Source of the DNA: Bacteroidales bacterium | Lineage (GTDB): Bacteria > Bacteroidota > Bacteroidia > Bacteroidales > BM520 | Direction: 5' to 3' | DNA length: 64,000 bases | Assembly: GCA_031276035.1 (NCBI GenBank) | Contig: JAISNV010000028.1 | Coordinates: 55,222-119,221, forward strand | Part shown: in pieces, positions 57,188 through 64,000 of the stretch | Position numbering within the stretch: the first letter of the stretch is position 1 | Layout of the letters: every line of letters begins with the position of its first letter | Program-made: the position numbers and the translations under genes | Notes under the pieces: model-generated | The model's database searches: none | What the model was told of the DNA's origin: nothing | The model's input: only the letters and a program-made list of their open reading frames with translations

Positions 57188-57208
57188 TCATCAATCATCT
57201 ATTATCAA

Positions 57209-60200
57209 TTAATTCTTCACCCATTTTCCTGAAATAATTTCATCTTCCACAATAACTTTATAAATATAAATTCCTTGTTTTATGGCCGATGTATTTATAG
57301 TGTTAGAACCTTTTTGAAGTCTAATAGAAATTTGTTTAGAACCGTTAATATTAAACAATTCGAAATTGTAAGACTCAATTTCAGAAACAACAGTAATATA
57401 ATCTTTTCCAGGATTAGGGTAAACATGTATTTTATTTACATTATTGTCCACATTGTTGACTTTCAATTGTTGATTTTCAATTATAGGAATACTTTTTTCC
57501 ATTGGCATTTCAGTTTCTATACAAATATCATAAAAGAAGCATAAAATATTTTTCGCCATGGCAGATGCAAGGCCGTCTACTTCCAAAGCAATTTTCTCCA
57601 AAGTTATTATTTCCTTTTCATCTAATTGCGCTAAAGACTTTCCTTGTTTTCTAATACTCTCTCTAAAATTATAATAAGAAAAATAATTTTGATTTTCATC
57701 TAATTCAATTTCAGACAAATCGAATGTTTTGGGGATATCCTTTATTATATCCTTTGCTTTTCCATATTCTTTTTCCAATATATGGGTTTCTGCTAAGAGA
57801 TATTTCTGTAAAGGTTCTTGAACAATACTATACCATGGGTTTAAATCAAGAAGTTCAACAATACTGTCGTTTTTAACAAAAGAAATATTATTATTACTCA
57901 AATTAGACATTTCAATGCTGAATCCTGATATTTTATTGTAAATAAACAAAGCCTCTTCCAATAATATTTCATCTTCAAAATAACCAGTAGAAAAATATTC
58001 TTTTAAAACTTTGTCGTAACCTTTTTCAAAAAAGGTATTTTGCGTGTTATTATAATCAATATTAATACTTTTATACTGTTTTATGGGATCATCTATTATT
58101 ATATATATTGAATCGCACAAAGTCGACTCGCATTTATTTTCATTTTTTGATAAAAACACTGTAATATTCGAGCTAATAGATACGGGTTCTAACATATTAT
58201 TATCAAAATGATAATACTGTATAGACGTTAATAGATTTCCACAATAAATGTTACAATCAGTTGTATTTGAGAAAATATTATCAGCACCTTTTGTTTTATC
58301 TCCTTGAGAAGATCTGACTATACCAGTATTATCAATATATATATCGTATTTATTGTTTTCAAAAGAATTACAGTTAAATTGTAATCCTTTTATTTTGGCT
58401 ATATTGTTATCTACTGTCGTGCCATTAATCCCACTTACATAAATACCATAGGTTAAATTTTGAAAATAATTTCTATAGATTATGTTTTCATCTGTACCTG
58501 AATTGTTTATATACATACCTGTAGTAATATAATTAGATTTTCCATCCGTGAATATATCGAATTGATTTTCTTCAATCAAATATCCGCTGCAATTTGATAA
58601 ATGTATGCCAGACCATGAATTACCGCTTAGAGGAGTTGTAAAGTTGAAAGTTGATCTTGTTATTTGCATGTTATTTATTGCAGAAGCCTTTATACCTCTA
58701 AGGTTATTTCTAAATTCACAATTATCAATGACAATATTTGCTGCTGTGGAACTATGTTCTCCATATTCAATAGCACAATTAAAGCCTTGAAAGGTTGATC
58801 TTGTTAATATGCCATCGCATTCACAACCCTGATTAGGGGAAAGTCTACAAACTTCTAAAACTTTAAAACCTGCCGATAAAGAGTATATGGCTCTTCCTGC
58901 ATGTGCTCCGCTCTTTAAATATTCAAAATTACATCCTGCGAATCTAACCCCTTCAACTTCGCATAACCTTATGTGTGAAACAAAAGTATATGGATTCTTA
59001 AACATATAATCGTCAATATAAAAATGGGTATCAATAATATAACTTGTATTTGAACAAACTTCACCATTATGAATATAACGGTAATCTTCCATTATTAACG
59101 AATAAAGATTATTCCTGAATATTGAGTTATTAATATTAACAATACCACCACCATCAAAATTTGATGTCATAATATCACCAGCTTTTATTGCAACAACTGC
59201 ATTTTCTATACAAGCGCCATTTCTCATGATAACCTGCCCTTGGCAATCGGGATGTTGAACCATACTTTTATTTCCATAAACTTCAACTCCGCGCCAGAAC
59301 TCATTTCTGCAAGCGTTTGACAATTTGCCGCCGTCAATAATTAATTTAGCGCCTGGTTTAACGATGATTTTACAATCAGGTGCCATAAATAATACAGAAT
59401 TATGAATAGCTAGAGTTGCACCTGACTCAACAATAACATCTCCGCAAAATTTATGAGCAGTTGTCCATATAGTTGTATCACTAATAGTTATACCTGCACA
59501 AGTCGCTTTAAAATATTCTCCGGTATTTTGTGGATTTGCTCTTTCGCTTCCCCAACCTATAAAAATAGAATTACCTTTAGTTTCCCAAACATATACTTTG
59601 TTACCTGAGCCAGTAATTATTTCATTTTTTCCATTATTATCAATATCTGCTACACAAGGTGAACCAGGAATATCTTCATCTACATTTAAAGGAAATCCTA
59701 ATACCTTTCTTCCACTCATTTTATAAGCCTCAATTAATTTACCACTTGCAACAATAATTTCTAATTCTAGATCATTATCAACATCTGCAAGGATTGGGGT
59801 TATTTTTTCAGGATAAAGATTTTCTATTGCTATAGTATTGATTAAATTGCCATTATGATCCCAAATTTTGACTTGATTGGACCCAAAAACAACAACTTCT
59901 AAATAATTATCTCCATCCAAATCACCCACAGCAATTTCCTTGGATAATAAACCTTGAGGATGTGAAATTGTCTGTGTATCATTCCATCCGTTTAGGGGAA
60001 TACCATTACGATTAATTGCAACAACCCTATCTGAATTGCTTGTGGTATTAAAAACAACCGTTAAAACATCATTATAGCCATCATTATCTAAGTCACATAC
60101 TATTACTGAGTTTTCAAAACTATAACCTGATAAATTATAAAACGGTTGATCTCCATAATCAGTCCCGTCATATTTCCAAATATATATACCTGATGTTTGG

Positions 60201-63200
60201 GCGTTTTTATAACAACCGATTATTTCTTTATTGCCGTCATTATTTATATCTGCAACTGCAAGAGCACCGTATGTGCCTCCAACCTCCCATGTGTCTCCAA
60301 CTTCCGGAATATTATATTTTATTGTACCGTCTGAATTATATACAGCTATTCCACCATATTCCGAATAAAATATATTTTCCATTAACCCGTCTGCATCTAA
60401 GTCTGCAATTATAGGAGACCTGTAGCAAGGATTGTTTAACGGCGAGTTGTGTTTCCATTCTTCTATATTCGTCGGATTATCCTGAATGGGTATGGCAGAA
60501 TGACAAAAAATATTGTTAGGCGAATGAAATTTTCTCGTCATTGACACTATTTTATAACCGCCAAACGGCTGTAATTCTCCGATTGCCGGTGTACATTGAA
60601 TTTTATTACCAATTTCAGCTAAACCACTATATGTTGTAGGATTACCATCAATGTCAAACAATTCGCTACCATCTGGTTTTAAGCCTATCAGAAATCCATT
60701 ATTTATACCGGCAATTTCTATACTTGCAAAAATTTCTTTTTCATTATCCGTATTTACGTCAATTGCATTTATTGAACTTTGAATTCTACCTCCACTATAC
60801 ATAGAGACAGGAAAACCATCCATTATTGAATAAGAAGTCCATGCCAATAGAGGATCCGACAAAGGTCCGTCATTGCCGCTGGTATCAACTGCTGATACCC
60901 TATAATAATATTTTGTAAGCACATCCAAGCCTGAGTCTTCATAAAACGCAGCCGGAAATACAAATGTGTTTATTTTCTCATAATCGCCAACCTCGCTGTC
61001 ATCAATAGGATTTACATAACAACGATAAACATTATAACCTTTTATATAAGATAATGGTGTTAAGGGTGCCCATGTTAATTTTATAGATGTACTATCGCCA
61101 GTAAAATCAATACTTGAAATGTTTGCAGGTTCTTTTGTCAGATCGAAATTATAATTCCATAATTTACCATATTCATTGATAACTTGCAAGTTAAAATTTA
61201 ATGCTTGTCCTGAAATATATGAAGGAGAAATAGAAAATTTATAAACAGTAGTATTTTTTTCTGTTTCATGTTTTTTAATTTCTGGATAGTTTCTTGGTGA
61301 TGCGGAACAGTTTGTAATATATTGACTATTTGACGTAAGTATTGCAGTAACACCTGTTGCAGTAGCTTTACCTTTATTAAACAATTCAATATTAATACTT
61401 ACAGTTGCTCCGGGGGCGATTTTACCTGTTAATATGATTTTATTTCTTAATTCTAAGTCAGGGTTAAATATTTCAATATTAAAATTATCATGGTAAGTAT
61501 AAGTTGTTCCGCTAATAGTTGCGGTTATTTGAAGCATGAATTTTATTTGATCTAATTCGTTAAGAAATATTTCCGGGGCATCCGGGGCAATTGAAAAAAC
61601 ATATTTGGCAGGTGAACTTTTTGTACTTCCGGCACTTATTGTTCCAAAATTTGAAGTATTTGTTAAGATTGTAATGTATTGAGAGTTACAGGTTAAAATC
61701 GTTGAAACATTTGTTGCACTTGTTGTTGCAGAATTTTTTAATTGTATTGTCAGTTCAATTGTTTCTCCCGCATCTAATTGTCCATCACTGTTCCCTATAC
61801 TATTATCGGCATCGTCATCATCGAAATCAAGGTTGGTAATATAAATATTTCTATTAACGGTTACATTACCGGTATGTTCGTAAGGTATGTAATTTTGTGC
61901 AGTAACAGTAACATTGACTATTCCTGTGGTATGTGGTGTAATAATAAAAGTATGCGGAGAGGTTGAGCCTGTTGATGTGATAGTTTCAACCAAATAACAT
62001 TCATTTCCTTTTTGAATACAAACAGTCGCTGTTTTACCTGCGGAAAAGGTGTTTTTTAAAACAACACTAATAGTTACGTTACCATTTGTATCAGGATTAT
62101 TTATAGAAATATTTTGTACAGGAGAAGTTTGCGGGGTTGCTGTCCATATAGGCATTTCGGGATCACCAAGGAGAGTGAGACGGCGTCTCTCATCATTATC
62201 ACTTGGGTCTGGAGCTTGTTGAAAGGTAGTAGCAATACAATTCGTAGTATTGCTATTATATAAGGCCTGGCAAAAACGTTTGAATTGAACGTGTTCTCCA
62301 TAATAACCGGCATCTGAGTTTCCGATAAAGGCAACTCCACCCCCATTTGGATTATTAATATAATGTTCTGCAATACAGTCATAATTAAATGATGCGGGCT
62401 CGCAACCATTTGAAAACATGATCTGTTGAAAATTAGTATTTATTAAATTAGCTGAATCAAAATCAGCATTTATAAAACTTTTGTTTTCTATTCTTGATAT
62501 TCCCATACTCTTAATAGCAGAGTGTTGTATGTGATGAACTATATGAAAGTTACCCAAACCTGACTCACCGCCATTATTTAGACAAGATTTAGCATTAGTT
62601 TTATTCAAGCTTTGATTACCCGGAATACAAATTCCACCTGGCCTAATGACAAACGAAGAAATAGATACATAATCTATATATATATCAGAACCACCTGCAG
62701 AAACTCCTTTTATTCTAATTTTAGTTATACCTTGAGGTAAATTATAATAGATATGTTCTCTCCAACCTAAATATTTAGTATTGGCTCTGTATCTCTGTAT
62801 TATACCCCAAACCGGCACAACCCATTCACCATTTAATTCATATTCAATAACCAGTTTGTCGCCTGTACTGTCAATATTATCATGATATACAGAAATTTTT
62901 ATTGTTTGATTATTGGGAATATTTATTACAGGTGATATTAAATATGAATAGTTACCATTTCCAATGCTTGATGCTTTGAATTTCATTACCATATCTCCAT
63001 GATGAACTCCTATAGAAGAAGGCGGGGGTACTCTTTCCCAATTATTGTCACTCTTTTGCCAACCATCAGGCAAATCAGTTGCAGGGTTTATATTTGTTTC
63101 AAAACTTTCATCCAAATAAGCAGTCAAATCACAATGAGGGTCCGTAAAATTATGGTAAGCATAAGGTGTGCTGTATGGATCGATAATATTAAACTGACAA

Positions 63201-64000
63201 TCATAATTATCAAATAAAAACCATTTATTAATATTTGATGGCATGTGATTATTTGCTGTTTCTATATGTTCATCATAAAACCCTTCGTAAAACACACCAC
63301 ATTTATTTGTAGATAAAAAACCTGCTATACATAAAAAATTATTTACATAAGTATTCTCCTCCAGATTAGAGCACTTTTCGTAGTTAACAACCTTGTTGAC
63401 AAAAGTTTGAGATTCAGCTACATTTTCTACTGAGGCTCTGCCCAGAAAAAAGGCATAATTATAATCTGTATCATCATTTTCTTCACCGAATTTGTTATTT
63501 TTATTTGCATTCCATGTACCTCCAACAGTTGCATAATAAAGATCTGTGGCATAGGAGGTTGTGTCAAATAATCGATCCGGAACAATATTAACGTCACCCC
63601 CAAGAAGGACAAAAAGACTTGCACCATATTTTGTATATGCTTCTTTTAAATAATTACGAATTTTCTCCTGCAAATCAGAGCCTTGGTATTCAGGTGCAAT
63701 TTCTTCAATAGTTTTTATAATTGCTGGAACTCCTTTTTTTGTTTTCCAATCAGCCAATGTTTGGAACGTTGGTTTTAACTCATTGTTTGTTATTATTATA
63801 TAATCCGGAATAAGAACGTCTATTGCAGAAGTTGAATTGCTATCGGTAGAATTACCGGCATCTTGATTGTATGAGTTATAAATTATTTGAACATTGTTAT
63901 TTTTACTGTTTTCAACATCACTAACGTTTTTAACTATGCTTTGTACAAATTGCTTTCCTAATTCAGCCCTTTTATAAGATTGCTTTTCAAAAGGGATACT
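57209..64000 (-). CDS. giant T9SS-secreted multidomain protein: C25 (gingipain-like) peptidase region, repeated beta-sandwich domains, FN3, FG-GAP/VCBS propeller, right-handed beta-helix region, T9SS sorting domain; 5'-truncated by the window edge
   Basis: The track ORF start at 63757 is an in-frame TTG. My manual translation of 63758-64000 found no stop (…DYIIITNNELKPTFQTLADWKTKKG), so the gene continues beyond 64000. C25-like blocks are LLGGDVNIVP, HHIQHS and MFSNGCEPASF. Six D[LIV]D/N.DG repeats are present (e.g. DLDADGLMEN, DINNDGNKEI, DLDNDGYNDV). C-terminus VYPNPGKDYITVV...GIYIYKV...KWVKN. Confidence 0.8.
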   Translation of the reverse strand, partial: SIPFEKQSYKRAELGKQFVQSIVKNVSDVENSKNNNVQIIYNSYNQDAGNSTDSNSTSAIDVLIPDYIIITNNELKPTFQTLADWKTKKGVPAIIKTIEEIAPEYQGSDLQEKIRNYLKEAYTKYGASLFVLLGGDVNIVPDRLFDTTSYATDLYYATVGGTWNANKNNKFGEENDDTDYNYAFFLGRASVENVAESQTFVNKVVNYEKCSNLEENTYVNNFLCIAGFLSTNKCGVFYEGFYDEHIETANNHMPSNINKWFLFDNYDCQFNIIDPYSTPYAYHNFTDPHCDLTAYLDESFETNINPATDLPDGWQKSDNNWERVPPPSSIGVHHGDMVMKFKASSIGNGNYSYLISPVINIPNNQTIKISVYHDNIDSTGDKLVIEYELNGEWVVPVWGIIQRYRANTKYLGWREHIYYNLPQGITKIRIKGVSAGGSDIYIDYVSISSFVIRPGGICIPGNQSLNKTNAKSCLNNGGESGLGNFHIVHHIQHSAIKSMGISRIENKSFINADFDSANLINTNFQQIMFSNGCEPASFNYDCIAEHYINNPNGGGVAFIGNSDAGYYGEHVQFKRFCQALYNSNTTNCIATTFQQAPDPSDNDERRRLTLLGDPEMPIWTATPQTSPVQNISINNPDTNGNVTISVVLKNTFSAGKTATVCIQKGNECYLVETITSTGSTSPHTFIITPHTTGIVNVTVTAQNYIPYEHTGNVTVNRNIYITNLDFDDDDADNSIGNSDGQLDAGETIELTIQLKNSATTSATNVSTILTCNSQYITILTNTSNFGTISAGSTKSSPAKYVFSIAPDAPEIFLNELDQIKFMLQITATISGTTYTYHDNFNIEIFNPDLELRNKIILTGKIAPGATVSINIELFNKGKATATGVTAILTSNSQYITNCSASPRNYPEIKKHETEKNTTVYKFSISPSYISGQALNFNLQVINEYGKLWNYNFDLTKEPANISSIDFTGDSTSIKLTWAPLTPLSYIKGYNVYRCYVNPIDDSEVGDYEKINTFVFPAAFYEDSGLDVLTKYYYRVSAVDTSGNDGPLSDPLLAWTSYSIMDGFPVSMYSGGRIQSSINAIDVNTDNEKEIFASIEIAGINNGFLIGLKPDGSELFDIDGNPTTYSGLAEIGNKIQCTPAIGELQPFGGYKIVSMTRKFHSPNNIFCHSAIPIQDNPTNIEEWKHNSPLNNPCYRSPIIADLDADGLMENIFYSEYGGIAVYNSDGTIKYNIPEVGDTWEVGGTYGALAVADINNDGNKEIIGCYKNAQTSGIYIWKYDGTDYGDQPFYNLSGYSFENSVIVCDLDNDGYNDVLTVVFNTTSNSDRVVAINRNGIPLNGWNDTQTISHPQGLLSKEIAVGDLDGDNYLEVVVFGSNQVKIWDHNGNLINTIAIENLYPEKITPILADVDNDLELEIIVASGKLIEAYKMSGRKVLGFPLNVDEDIPGSPCVADIDNNGKNEIITGSGNKVYVWETKGNSIFIGWGSERANPQNTGEYFKATCAGITISDTTIWTTAHKFCGDVIVESGATLAIHNSVLFMAPDCKIIVKPGAKLIIDGGKLSNACRNEFWRGVEVYGNKSMVQHPDCQGQVIMRNGACIENAVVAIKAGDIMTSNFDGGGIVNINNSIFRNNLYSLIMEDYRYIHNGEVCSNTSYIIDTHFYIDDYMFKNPYTFVSHIRLCEVEGVRFAGCNFEYLKSGAHAGRAIYSLSAGFKVLEVCRLSPNQGCECDGILTRSTFQGFNCAIEYGEHSSTAANIVIDNCEFRNNLRGIKASAINNMQITRSTFNFTTPLSGNSWSGIHLSNCSGYLIEENQFDIFTDGKSNYITTGMYINNSGTDENIIYRNYFQNLTYGIYVSGINGTTVDNNIAKIKGLQFNCNSFENNKYDIYIDNTGIVRSSQGDKTKGADNIFSNTTDCNIYCGNLLTSIQYYHFDNNMLEPVSISSNITVFLSKNENKCESTLCDSIYIIIDDPIKQYKSINIDYNNTQNTFFEKGYDKVLKEYFSTGYFEDEILLEEALFIYNKISGFSIEMSNLSNNNISFVKNDSIVELLDLNPWYSIVQEPLQKYLLAETHILEKEYGKAKDIIKDIPKTFDLSEIELDENQNYFSYYNFRESIRKQGKSLAQLDEKEIITLEKIALEVDGLASAMAKNILCFFYDICIETEMPMEKSIPIIENQQLKVNNVDNNVNKIHVYPNPGKDYITVVSEIESYNFELFNINGSKQISIRLQKGSNTINTSAIKQGIYIYKVIVEDEIISGKWVKN

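Noticed and set aside
1-64000. Looked for CRISPR arrays, rRNA, transposases, integrases, phage genes, restriction-modification, toxin-antitoxin pairs and reverse transcriptases.
   Set aside because: No regularly spaced direct repeats and no ORF with the corresponding motifs were seen. Neither tRNA gene is flanked by an integrase or direct repeats, so no genomic island is called.

Overview
This 64-kb window is visibly AT-rich and looks like a chromosomal segment of a Bacteroidota genome. Supporting signs are three proteins with type-A T9SS C-terminal sorting domains, a gldF-gldG-DUF4340 module, TAnnTTTG -7 promoter boxes, ExbB/ExbD and S46/M49 peptidases. I call about 50 CDS, 2 tRNAs (Ser-GGA; CAT anticodon) and several clean rho-independent terminators. 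I saw no rRNA, CRISPR array, transposase or integrase. Most genes are housekeeping or envelope functions: kdsA, a GT9 glycosyltransferase, tatD, manA, dCMP deaminase, trxA, hutH, parE, and pbpC next to an alpha-2-macroglobulin with an intact CLEQ thioester motif. Seven items deserve a second look. (1) The orphan cytoplasmic ORF at 11311-12228 shows a colinear, by-eye resemblance to the gasdermin N-terminal pore-forming domain plus a 73-aa C-terminal tail, with no adjacent protease. (2) Genes at 4673-10956 form a tightly packed seven-gene operon in which every product is exported: a barrel-tailed outer-membrane protein, several LPP20-like proteins and one TolB-N/CsgG-like protein. This is a candidate uncharacterised envelope assembly. 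(3) The GH16 glycoside hydrolase at 45254-46288 appears circularly permuted. (4) A LOG-like gene, a P-loop kinase and a dCMP deaminase (22579-24232) are translationally coupled and resemble a split kinase-deaminase nucleotide-depletion architecture. (5) A secreted protein with a duplicated GC[SK]CCEF cysteine motif is coupled to a 2-TM miniprotein (51079-51860). (6) A T9SS protein of more than 2260 aa (57209-64000, truncated at the window edge) combines a C25-like peptidase carrying an inserted beta-sandwich with FG-GAP and beta-helix regions. (7) One protein fuses a CAP domain to a SPOR domain and overlaps parE. All functional calls come from reading motifs by eye; no searches were run. Coordinates of non-CDS features may be off by 1-2 nt.
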